From Gnetum montanum (taxonomy: Eukaryota > Plantae > Gnetophyta), in the NCBI GenBank assembly GCA_015680685.1, contig MNCI01001500.1:1-64000 (forward strand): DNA of 64,000 nucleotides. Reading direction: 5' to 3'. Position 1 is the stretch's first letter. Every line of letters begins with the position of its first letter. Shown here in pieces: positions 51,526 through 64,000 of this stretch. A program made the position numbers and the translations under genes. The notes below the pieces were generated by a model. The model searched no databases. It was not told where the DNA came from and was given only the letters and a program-made list of their open reading frames with translations.

Positions 51526-54500
51526 TGATGAGCAATGAGGTACCCCTACGCTCAACCATATGAATACGAGCATGTACGCACGATCCGGTCGAACTCCATA
51601 GATGGACTAGTTGTGGCACCTAGATAGTTACACATTGATCGCAGTTCGTTGTCTTCCCACTTGGACTAGTAATTGCTTTGTCACATATGGTTTAGTCCAG
51701 TGTGAGGTGTATGATTTGATTCCTAACACTAGGCTACTCCTAGAGACAATGAAAAATAATCTTGATTTAAGCTAATAAGCAATAGGAAACAAAATCTAAA
51801 CTAGCCTAAGTGTGATGAGCATCCGTCCTTAATCATTCGTATGCATCTTGGAATTCGTGTACTACTTTTGGGATTACCAAGTGCACATTACTCGAAGCAC
51901 TACTAGATACGATATTGGGTTATCAAGGAGTTACACTTAAATGTTTGTGATTAAGACATACTCATTCCACATTTAACAACAAAAATAGTAAATGAAGATA
52001 AAAGAAATATTAACTACGAAAACAATAAATAATAATCAACAATTAAACAACTAAAAACTAAGTGAATGCTACAATGATGGAGTAATCTTGATCTTTATTT
52101 CTAGTTGTGTGTGTGCCCAAGTATGTCACACTCGAACAAAGGTTTCATACAATTACAAACATCACACTGTGGGTAGGCACTGGGAAAAGAATTGAAGACT
52201 AACTAAAAACTAACAAGAAGACTCTACCTTAACACTTACCAACTAACTTCCTTCCTATGTGCTTGAATGCTATATTTATAGGCCTACACAAGAATCACAA
52301 TATCGTGTATTTGATATTGTTATCCAGGCTACAATATCACATACCCAATATCAAGGATCTAATATCAAGGCCTGGAAAACCACAATTTATCATATCCCCA
52401 CAACTAAATAACAACTTGTCCTCGAGTCAAATAATCAAAATGAGAACCAGTTCCTTTGATTACATAGTGGATAGGTATGGGATAATTGACTAACTATGAA
52501 TTACATCATGCCATAGTGTGGAATTAAAAAAAATTTGGACACAGACACAGAATATAAAAAATAAAATTGTTGGAATACATGTGGTTCCTAGCAGTGGTGG
52601 CTCTTCCATGGGTATCTTCCCTTTATCTTGTGCTCCAAGTTTTGGGAATGGATGTCTCAAGAGGAGCACCTCAATCTTTTCTTCTTTGGTATGGGGATCC
52701 TATGCTGTCCATGCTGATGTTCCAATATTTGATGAAGTTGGCATCTCCCATGGGCACAATAGTTGCGAAAACATTTGATTGGCCTTAACATACCAAGCTG
52801 CAAACAACCATCTTTCCTCCTCATAGGCTCTAGCTTTGTCTCTACATTCTTGGTAATCCATGAGCTATTAAGCCAAATTTTTTGTAACATTTTTTGTCCT
52901 TGGTAGCTAGTCTTAACCACCTCTAATTTAGAATTTGCTACCTCTAATTTATGTAGTGTCTTCTTGTGTTCAGCAAATTCTATTTCATATTTAGTGTAGG
53001 TGGCTGCTACCTACTTCTTCAATCTTGTCCTTGGGCATCCTGCTCTCAACATGGCTAAGTTGGCATACCACAGGTTTGCCAACATCATGTACTTAGTGAG
53101 ATCTTGTATCTACAGGTCTTGACTTTTTACTTATACTTTTTGGATGAAGACATAAATATCCAATATGGCCCACCAATCAGCGTTCTGGGCACTAAGAGTG
53201 TTGATGTGGACTTTGGTCATATGGTTTTCTTTCTCAATAATCTGGTTGTACATCCCCACCTAATCTCTGAAATGCTCTTTTAGTTTCTCATGTTTCTTAT
53301 CCTCATTCTGCCACGCACTTATTTCAATGGTCTTTTTCTGACGGATCGTGCATACCTCCTCCAGTGAGAGGGTTCTATTTTCTCTAACAAAACGGTTCAT
53401 GTCCTAATTAACCCTTATTAATTATTCTTGCTTTTGCTAAAAATTCTCCTTGAGAACATTCTTTTGTTTTTCTATTGTGCTCAACTAGAGATTTTCAACA
53501 ACAAGGTGTTTATTTTCTTCTTGTAAGGCCTTGAGTGCTTTGGCATGTGCATACGTTTGAGCTTATGCCTTTGAAGCATCCCAATCAACCTTCTTTTTTT
53601 TCCCTACCACTCTTTTATTCTCTTCCAACAATTTATTTAGCTACCCCATCTGAAATGACTCTAGTTGGTCTACAGCGATGAATTGGGATAGATCTTGATG
53701 TGCAACTTGTAGGGCAATGAACTTCTCTTGGAGTCTTTTCACCTTCTCTTCTGCATGTTTAACCCTAACCTTTGCCATGACTAGCTTGCTTTTTCTAGAG
53801 ATGAGGTTTAACTATGTTGTTGTGACATCTTGAGAGATGTTGAACAAGGACATCATCACTTTTCTTATCTATAGCAACCAGTCCAAAACATTCTCATGAT
53901 CTACAAGAGTCATTGAGGGATTAGCCAAGGTTTGAGCATCGCATGCTCCTATAAAATCCACCGATGGCACAACAAGGACATTGAATAATTCCTTGATGTA
54001 GTCTACGACCACTTCTACTGCTCCCATTGCATCCTGGTGTTGCATAACCACCACTATGGTGCCTTCACCGGTTTCTAATTACACTTGAAAAGAAGCAGCA
54101 TTTTCAAAGATCTATTGTGACCAATGTGATTCTCATTCTTCTGTTTGAATGGAAATCTCACCCCATGCATGATCAATTGAGACTATGGGTTGTACAACAT
54201 CATCAATGATCTTGAAGAGATTTGCCTCATCACAACTTCCCCAACTGACCGATTCAGCGATGGTCTAGAGATGGCTCATTGACGGTCGATAGTCCTGTGG
54301 CAGTGGTGGCAGTTGGTCTTACTGGCATGTGGGTTGTGTGCTGGGCCCTGCTTCTTGTTGTTAACTAGGCCTTGTGTCTAGAAGTTAGCTAGGCCCAGTT
54401 GTTTGAGGTGTAGTGGGCCCAACTTTCTACTCTTGTTTAGGCTCTAGTGTCTCATCAACATCTTTCCTTGGTGATAGTGGCTTTAGTAATTCAGACAATG

Positions 54501-57500
54501 AGGCATTTTGAGCTTTTCTAGGGACATCATTGGTGTAACTTAGAATTCTAGCATGTCAACACAGCTTCCTGATTAGGTAGGGAAAAGGCAATGCAAACTT
54601 CCCTATCTTATGTTCTTCAAACTACCTTAAAATTTCTATGAGATATAGATGGGATAGGTTGGCATTAACCTTTCCCATTAAGATTGCACTTCCTTTAGCC
54701 ACACAGGTGGAAATCCTATTTAACCCTTTTGTTGGAAAAATGTGATAGGTGCCAATTTTAAAATAGATCCTCTCTTGAAGTGTGAGTTTTCCATATGTTT
54801 TATCCTCCTTGCCATATGCCCTTATTAACCATATTTTTCATGCATCAACATTAAAGTGAGTGGATAGGTGAGCAACCTTGAACTCTTTGTTCAAAAAGTT
54901 TAGAACTTTCAAAGTGACCTTCATAGAGAAATCAATAGAAATCCCACCAATATTAGCGATGATGCCTTCCTCCTTGTTATGCCAAAATTGGTATGTCTCC
55001 CCCAAGTACCAATCACCACTCTCTAAGAGAATAGGCCACAGTGGAGACCCTTTAAGTTGATCTCTGACTAACTCAGGGGCAAATTTGGTAAAAGGTCCAA
55101 AATTGAGTTCATGATCACTGTTGTTGATGTGGACTTTTCCCAAATTGCCTGAACGCATTTTGGAGACATTATGAGACGTTGTCCATTTTTAGGTGCCCTA
55201 CCTTCTCCACCTTTTTCATGTCCAAATTGTGCAATAACAAGAGGTTCTTGATGAATACTAAATGATTGTGCCTCCTACTCTACATGTTCTTCGGGAGGTG
55301 CTTGGCCTCTACCTCTCCATGGCCATTTGGATGCACCTTGAGAGGGTCCTCCTTGTTTTTCTCATTTAGGGGCTATCTATAATCACATAGGATCAACTAT
55401 TAGTAAAGTTGTTTACAAAATTTTATTTATACCTTACTCATTACCTTTAATAATTTCATTTCTTTCCTAGTGTGATTTCAAAGTTAGAAATTTTCACAAA
55501 AATTCCCCTAAAAGTTTTGATATTGGATCCAATTTGATTACGTGACTCTAAAAAATAATGTTCATGGTCTAGGTGAAGAAATAAAATTAATTTGGCATAT
55601 TTTTTTAGCATTTCTTAAGGTCACTTACCCCTTATGATATCCTTTGGGCAATGGCGAATTTTGAAAAAACTACGTGCAACTTGGAGCATACCCTTCTCCC
55701 ATGACTAAGTCAAACACTGGTTTTAAGCAAGTTTGATTGAAATAAGAAGCGGAGTGTTAATGAGCAAGATATTGATGTTTGAATGATAGGTTCTCAGAGC
55801 GTGAGAATTTGTGAAAGAAAATTACAACTTCCCTCGCATGAATAGTAGAAAATGACATTAACATGCATGGGGGGCCCATATATATAGATTTTATAGATGT
55901 GATATCGTGTACATGCTAGCACGGACCCGATACCAAGTACCCAATATCATGTTCCTTTTGAAATAGGGTACTTGACAAAATTAATAAATTTTCAAATTTC
56001 TAAGGCCAAAAATGAAGGATTTAAGGTTAATTTGAAAGATCTAGGATAACATTGAGGAGACCTAAAGGCACCAAATGTGTAATGAAGTGAAATTTTACAA
56101 TGAAGTTCATGAATAGGATGAGGGAAAAGTACATGTAGTGGTGCATAGGAACATTTGAATTAAAATTAAGATAAAGGAAAAGATAAATTTAGCAATGTAG
56201 TACTTGGAGGGTATAAGATGATGTGGTGATGTGCAATGAGTGAAAATTACAAAAGTTACACAAGTGGGTACCCCCCAAAGTAGGTCCCTACCTATCATGC
56301 CCTTATGTAACCACACCTTAAAATGTCTTTAGGCACCAAAAGGATTAAATGAAATCTGAACTAGTGCAACAAAACACACACATGTTAAATACCACCATAA
56401 TGAGGTATGAGTTCTATGCCACACAAGACACAAGTTAGAAATACTTGGATAGTGGGATGAAACAAATCATAGAAGGAAATACTGAAACTGGGACATGAGG
56501 TAAATAACCCTAGGCATAATGAATCCTAAGTGTGTGGTGTGATTAATGTATCATTAGCCTTTCACTCCAAAATCAAGACCAAGCCCATGCCTCTGATCAG
56601 TGACATTGCATTGTTTCATCCAATGATGGACAACCATAAGAGCATCATGACAGCAAGGCGTACAATCACTTGGCATTTTGTCCAAGGGAGGAGTTCTTTG
56701 AAATTTCTCTACAGCATATTTTTCTTGATCTTTTCTTTGTTATTCTTTTTCTTCTTTCTCTTTTTTTTCTTTACCTAGCCGCTTTGGCACTTTGTCATTT
56801 CCAATAGTGATCTAGAAAAGCCACCAACCTTCAGGCATGGGTGCATGTCTTTCCAGTGGGACCCTCTAGAATAGCATTGAGTTTCATTATTGAGTGCCTT
56901 TATTACTCTTACTCCAATTTTTTATTAGATCTACAAGGACCTTAGTAAAACCAAGCTGCATGATAGCACATACATATGCCACCAAAGAGAATCCACAAGT
57001 CCCATTCATTTCACACCCTGGCCATTCCCTCTTAGTCTATCATTTTTCACTCTAGGCATAATGAGTACAAAGTTACTTTAAGTTTTAATGATGACAAGAA
57101 TGTCATCATACCCAGAGGAGAACCTCTTATTAATAGAATGGATGGGTGGATGTTGTGGGGCTTACTATCCAAATAGCTAATCACTCATGACTTAATAGCA
57201 TAAAACACACCTTAACCGATGAATCACATGAGTATTTTATTCACTAATGAGATTATCCTCAAAAAAATAAAACAACAATTTAAAAAGTGAAAAACTAGAA
57301 AACAAAAAATTGTAAAATCAAAGAAAAGAAAAACCATTTACTAATTCTACTTATTAGAATAGGGGGTATCCCCCATGACTAAACCTTTGAGCATGGCTAG
57401 AATTAATAAATGGAAAATTTGGATCTAAGCATGTTGGAAACATTAGGGTCTGATTTTATCCAAACCACTAGTTATCTTTTCATGTGGTGGTCGAAATGTA

Positions 57501-58560
57501 CCCAAATTGGGGTTCACACACTTGAATGAAGTAGGCATAGTCAGGAATATTATAAGATGTGCTTATGTAATAAGGAGTTAACCCACTATGGCATCCATGA
57601 CCATAATAAAGTATTCAAGGATTGATATGTCTCCCTATGTGGTTATATTCATTAGGCCGCATGGTTGTTGGAGTGTTGATTGGTGGCCCAGATAAGGTAA
57701 CAGGAGGCATTGGGTTCAAAGAGGAAGGTGCATCATAGTGCTAGGCTTGTGCTGAGTTGGAGGATGTAGTGGTTTTAGAACCATGCTATCTCTTTCTATG
57801 GTCATGCCTAAAGAAAGGATTCTTTTGATGTTGTGAAGGAACTCCACTACTATTGATAGTATTAGCACAAGTAATGTTCATGGGTTGGTGCTGTGGTGCA
57901 AAAACTTCTAGTGCTATTAGTGGTGATGTAGAAGGAGGTGAAGAATGAGGATATTGAGGGCAAGGAGGAGCATAAGAAACATGAGGGGATGATCTCGTGG
58001 GAGAGGACATGGGTTGATACTATTCAGGAGAATGATAACAATGAGGTGAAGTAGAGGATGTTGATAAAGTTAGGGAAATAGGATGCTAAACATAATAGAC
58101 ATTTGGTGTTGGGGTATACAAAGGGTATGGCTTGTTTGGTAGTGGCTTCCCCCACAACTGGGGGTTTTGCCACTATGGTTTGACACGGTACTTTTGTATG
58201 AATTCTAGATGTAGCATTTCTCCCCAATGCTCATGTAAATGAGACAATATTGGACATTAACTTTTGGGGTGATCGTACAAACAAACATTGCATTGATACT
58301 TATGATTGGTAGTTGAGCCCTTGTCCTTATTATCTTCAACCCTTCTTTCTGATTGTCCAGTGGTGTTTTGTCCTATTTCTCGATTTGGCATCCTCTGTTT
58401 GTCTTGTTTGTCAGAGTGATCATGCATGGTTCCACCTCTAATAATGTTGGCATATTCTCCACATTTTTCATGTACCCATTCTGTCATCTTATTCATCTTT
58501 GCCTCAATTTCCTCTAGTGATTGTAGTATTGGCAAAGATGATTCCACCTCCGTGAGATGA
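51526..58560 (-). mobile_element. Athila-like element 1 (no pol visible; 5' end truncated)
   Basis: 3' LTR 51526-52392 (minus strand TGATAA...TCATCA), preceded by CTCGAGGACAAG...TAGTTGTGGGGA, an Athila-type 3' end/PPT. It carries a long accessory ORF and a putative gag remnant at 57400-58550. Confidence 0.8.
52560..55376 (-). pseudogene. Athila 'env-like' accessory ORF: Transposase_32-like domain plus long coiled coil (~930 codons)
   Basis: Starts right after acceptor gattatag|ATAGCCCCTAAA (decayed MAPK). Contains NIGGISIDFS, LPFPYLIRKLC and then heptad-rich KVRVKHAEEKVKRLQEK. Collinear with 61313-64000. Confidence 0.75.
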
Positions 58561-58579
58561 GTTGATTTCTCCTCTTCAT

Positions 58580-61500
58580 GGACCTTTGTGATATTATGTT
58601 CAATATCCTATTTCTCCAACTAGTTCTATGTCCTCTTCTTCAAATCATCACTATCACTCTCTAGAGTACCATCAACCCATGACATCTCTTGAAGGATCAC
58701 CACCTTATGCCTTTTACCATCTATCCTACCCTTAATATTCTCATACTCCACCTCATCACACATCACCGCCAATGACACAAGAAGGTTTGGCACCACAACA
58801 TCAACAAATGAATGTTACTTGTGTTGCAAATGTGCATAGACATGTTGATACTAGTGGGTCCCCATCAAAAACTTGAAAATGTCCCTTCTTTAGGAAAGGC
58901 TTCAAGTGAAAGTAAAACACTCATGGACCCACCACATCATCTGAACCACCATAATGCCAATCTGGTGCAATGCCTCACTTTTCACCACCAGCATCCTCTG
59001 ATCCCACACAAGGGCCACCATCCATTATTAATTCAATTCCAAACCCAAGCAATGAATCTACATGCATGGGGAGACAAAAAAATCCATGCATACCATATCA
59101 TTATCAAGGATGTAATTGTGGGCTAGACATTCGTAACGTTAACACATCTCATACCCTAACCCACCATACATTTAACAATCAAGTGTGTAACCAAAAATCT
59201 GTCTACCCAGCCACTACAACACCAAAAAACATCTAATGGCTTGGAAATGAATGGTTGCCAATGTTTTATACATGCATGGATCCTATCTATCCACTTATTA
59301 ATCCTTGTCATGGCCAAATGTTTAGTTGTGGGGCTTACTCCCCATTCTAATCTTTTGGATTCATAAGTCTTTTTCATCTTTTTGTTTTACAATTTTTTTT
59401 TTCATTTTCTTATTTTTTTATATAATTTTTCCTATTCCTTCCAACCTTTTCTATTTATTGCTTTCATTTTTATTGTCATGAAATCTCGATTGTGAATAAA
59501 ACAATTATGTAGCCCATTGAGATGAGATTTTCTCTATGTTATTGAGTCATAAGGGACTAATTATTTGGACAATGAGACCACGTCATCCATCCATTCATTC
59601 CATTAATAATAGGTTCTTACCTTGGTCATAATGATATTCTTTTTATCACCCAACCTAAAAATAAATTCATAATCATTGTGTCTGGGTAGAAGAGTGAAGA
59701 ACCAAGGGAGAATGTAAAAGGTGTGACATCAAGGGGATTTGTGAATTCTCTTTGGCCACTTCTGCATGTCCTATCATCTTGCTTTACTTGTAATTATATC
59801 CTTGTAGATCTAATGAAAAATGAGAGTAAGAGTACCATAAAAAGACACTAAATAATTTCTATGGGTCCCATTAGAAAGACATGTACCCATGCTTGAAGGT
59901 TGGTAGCTTCTTAGAACCTCAAAAAGAAATGTGTGCCATAAATAAGCTCCTCCCTTGAACAAAATGTCAAGTGATGTTACTCTTTGCAACTATGATAGTC
60001 TTATAGTTGTCAGCTGAAGTGATGAAACAATGCGATGTCATTGAAATGTGGTTTGAACCTAGTTTGAATCTCGGAAAGAAGGGCTCATGATTATTTAACC
60101 ATTAATAACATACAAGGATTCATTATGCCTTAGGTGAGATACATCATGTCCCATTTTTGGTAGTCCTTTCTATAGTCCATCTCATCCCACTGTCCATATG
60201 ATTCTAACTTATGGTTTTGTGTTGCATAGAGTTATTATCTCCAACTAGTGGTTTTCACATGTGTGTTTTGTTGCACAGGTATGTGTTGCATTCAACTCCT
60301 TTAGTGCTATGAACATTTTAAGTGTGGTTATATAAGGGCATCATAGGCTAAAGCCTACTTGGGGAGAATCCACTTGTGTAATTTTTGTGACTTGTACTTG
60401 TTTGACACAACCACATCATTCTTCACTTTCCAAGAACTTAACTATTAAATTTCATCATTTTCCTTATCATGTAATTGATCTATTCCACAACATTGATTTC
60501 ATGCCCTTTTTCTTGCACCTTATAAAGCTTTTAACATCGACAACCCCACCTTCTCACACTTTTAGTGCCTACAATTGATTTCTCACTTACCCCAGAACTA
60601 TGGACCTAACCTGAAACCTTCCAACCAATCACAAAGCTTTGTTTCTCATGCTTAGTACCCTCATTAGATGCATATCCATGGACCTTGATATCGAGTACTC
60701 GATATCTAGTGGGATGTGATGTTAGATACCCGATATCGGGTCGCACAAAACATATATAGATGACCCTTGCAATGTCCAATCTTCTTTTCTATCATTTGTA
60801 GCTAGGTGAGTTTTTTAAATTTTCTCTTGGAACTTAGAGCTCTGCACAACCAACTATAACTTACGATATTTGGCTCTCTACCACTCCTATTCTCATACTG
60901 TTTGAACCTATTTGACCCTAGAATGTTCAAGTTAGTCATGGGGGAATGCTTGCATGGAAAAATTATGTCAATTTTTCATAGTTTTCTATCACCCAAAGGA
61001 TATTATAAGGGTAAAAGTGTTAAAACCCTTAAGTGTTATAATGAATAATCATTTGCATTAATGCTAGAAACCTTAATTTCTCCACCCAAGGGACCATAAC
61101 CATCATTATAAGGCACAGATATGGAAAATGGAACCAACTATGTAAGGTCATGTGAGGAGATAGACATTTTTGGGCATTTTTCTAAAAATTTTTCTAACTC
61201 TGTAATCATATGAACTAAAGAACTTAATAAAACTAAGCCCATGACTAAGGTATATACCTATTAATGAAACATAACAATACCTTAGTAACATCTAATCTTT
61301 GATTGGTTGTAGATGATCCCAAAAAGTGGAGCTCAAGTAGGACCTTCATAGGAAGCATCCAAATGCCCAAGGGATGGTAGGGGCTAGTAAGGCAAGCATG
61401 TAGAGCACGAGGAGCAAGAAGCCCAATCCTTTAGCATCCATCAAGAGGCTCCTATTACTGGGCAACTCATCCAAGGAGAGGCCATAGAACCCCAAGCTCT

Positions 61501-64000
61501 TGCATAGGGACAACATCTCACATTGTCTGCGAAATGCCGTGAAGTAATTCAAGAGAAATCCATGTTGACCACAGTCATCATAGAGATGAAATTTGGCCCA
61601 TTAATGGCATTCACCTCTAAATCCATTCAGACACAACTCCAAGTATCACCCTTGTGGTTGATTCTTTCAAATAATGGTGAGTGATATCTTGGAGAAACAT
61701 ATTAATTCTGGCATAACAAAGAGGAAGGTACGACTATCAACATTTGTGAAGTCAATGTCTCATTCTCAATCAAAGCAATAATAGAAGCTCTCAATTTGCC
61801 AAATAAGAGGGCTAAGTTAGCCCATATGTCTACAAGATTTGACACTAATACTAGAAGTTATGGCTAAAGTGGGCATATGGCAAGGATGACAACACATATA
61901 ATTAATTGACTTTAGAAGAGAGGACATACTTAAAGATAGGTACATATCATCTCTTCCCAATCCAAGGGCTTCAGAGTTTCAACCTATGCAGCTAGGGGAA
62001 GAGCCATCCTAATGGGAAAATATGCAACCAACCTTTCCTAGTGATATTTCATAGAGACTTAGAGGCGGTTCAAGGAGAAAAGGGCATAGAAGCCAACACT
62101 TCCATTTCCTTGCCTAATCTAAAAATGGTGCAAATGCACTAGAATCCTAAGGTACATAAACGATGTTTCTAGGAAGGCTTAGAATGCTTCCTTGCACCAA
62201 GGAAAGACCTTGATGAGGAGCAAGAACCAAAGAAGGAATAAAAATTAGAAAAAGAAGTAGAACAGGAGCCTAAATAGTGCCATGAAACACAATCTTTACC
62301 ACCACCATCACAAGATTATAGGCCAATAATGAACCACTTACAGAAAATTATTGAAATGTTCAACTAGGAGAGTAGAGAGGAATCAAGCCTTTTCAGAGTC
62401 CTAGACGAGGTGCCACCCACCATTTTGGCTGATCTGATAAGACGATAGGTGTTACTACAATTAAGAGGAGAATCCCAGTGGTCCAGAAAATTCTCTGGTA
62501 ATACTGCATCTTTTAAAGTAATGTTCAAAACAGGAGAAGGTGCCATAGTAGTGGTAATGCAACATCAAGATGTGGCATGTGTAGCAAAAGTAATAATGGA
62601 TCACTTCAAGGAATCATTCAATGTACCTATTGTGCCCCCAATAGATCTAACTTAGACCAAAGATGCCTAAATGCTCACTGGAACTTTGATGACTCCTATG
62701 GCACATGAGGATGTGTTAGATCGACTGTTGTAGATAGGATAAGTGATGACCACCTTGTTTGACATCCCTAGTGATGTCACTATAACACAATTGGATCTCA
62801 TAACCATCAAAGGAAAGTTGGTCATGGCTAAGGTCAGGGTGGAACACGTGGAAGTAGAAGTGCAACATTTGCAACAAGAGCTAGCTACCTTAAGAGCTAA
62901 AAGATAGGATCCTACTTGATTTATTATGTCTAACCAGCTCAATTCATTTAGAACATAGTAGCTAAACAAGTTGATTAAGAAAAATAAAGCTACTAAGTAA
63001 GAAAAGGAGAAGGTATTTTAAAATGCTTCTACTATTGATGCAGAATCCCACACTTACAAGAAGGCATTGACCACCATATAGGAATAGAATAAATAGCTCA
63101 CCACAAAGATTTCAAGGTTGACCATCATTGAAAAATAAAAAAAATGTTCTAGAAGAAAGTATTCATCAATTGTGGAAACAATTAATGAGGATCAACCAAG
63201 ATATCAATAGATTTTCTAGGAAAAATAGAATCCTCTCAATGGAGAAGGTCCATGCCATTCGATAGAAGTTCACAAGTGAAATAAGTGCATGGTAGAATGA
63301 GGCCAAGAAACATGAGAAGTTGAAAGAACACTTTCAAGACTAGGTAAGCATGTACAAGTAGGTAAATGAAAAAGAAATCTAGATGGCCAAGGTCCATATT
63401 AGATCCATGTTAGCATGAAATCCTAACTCGTAGCTACTTCTAGATAGTTATGCACTAGTCCATTAGGCATAAGTAAAGAAAAAAGACCTTCAGATTAAGG
63501 ATTTGAAGGAATACTTGGTGTTGGCTAACCTTAGATATGTCAACCTTGCCATGTTAATAGTAGGTTGGCCTAGAAGTGAGCTGGAGAAATAGGTAGTGAC
63601 CACTTATGTGTTATATGAGAAAAAGTTTGCAGATAGAAAAGTAGCTTTCCACAAACTTCACGTTGCGAAATCAGAACTTGAGGTGGTTAAAGCTTACTAC
63701 CATGGATAGAAGGATGTCACTTTAGACTTGGCTAGGAGACTCATAGATTATCATGAGTTCAAAGAAAAGGCTAGGGCATTTGAAGAGGATCAACGATAGT
63801 TTGTGGCTTGGTACATGAAGGTCAAAAAAATGTTTTCGCAACTACCCTATCCTTGGGACATACCAATGGTAGCACACATTGGTTCAGCAGCCTAGATGGT
63901 ATGATCCAAGAACAAAAGAAGAAAAGTTATAGGCACTCCTCAACCATTAAAAATTTTAGAATCCTGGCAATAAAGGAAAGAAATCAATGGATAAGCCACC
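58580..64000 (+). mobile_element. Athila-like element 2 (no pol visible; 5' truncated; continues beyond window)
   Basis: Diverged inverted homolog of 52600-58110, for example 58790 vs 57898, 60360 vs 56280 and 62530 vs 54060. Confidence 0.85.
61313..64000 (+). pseudogene. Athila accessory ORF, second copy
   Basis: ggttgtag|ATGATCCCAAAA, then FWHNKEEG, LKIGTYHLFPIQG, PTLPFPCLI*KWC, ASFKVMFKTGEGAIVVVMQHQD and a coiled-coil tail. Confidence 0.75.

Overview
This is AT-rich, CG- and CHG-depleted land-plant heterochromatin made almost entirely of nested, decayed LTR retrotransposons. I see no intact host gene, RNA gene or CRISPR array. All coordinates were read by eye and are approximate, and no searches were run. 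The window holds five relatives of one Ty3/gypsy Tat (Ogre/Retand-like) lineage: D (+, 1-5640), A (-, 9275-18800), B (-, 19164-35354), C (-, 35355-47049) and Y (-, 36837-45349). Only Y has both LTRs, a TSD, a tRNA-Asn PBS and a PPT. It also holds Tekay-like chromovirus fragments, an Athila-like solo LTR, two head-to-head pol-less Athila-like elements, and a Ty1/copia RT-RNaseH-LTR remnant. The most unusual feature is the Tat architecture. In B, the interval between gag-protease and pol (the Ogre-type intron) is about 9 kb long and holds an antisense gene of at least 8 exons (PMD-like plus coiled-coil). That gene is preceded by a roughly 190-bp-period array of a CG/CHG-containing palindrome. 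D and A carry the same cassette with their own periodic palindrome arrays. I hypothesise a sequence-specific protein/target-array system analogous to VANDAL/VANC anti-silencing, here in an LTR retrotransposon. The copies form a reduction series (B > A > C > Y). A and C share the same 3.1-kb pol deletion breakpoint, and all four minus-strand copies keep a 3' micro-exon and two RNA stem-loops.
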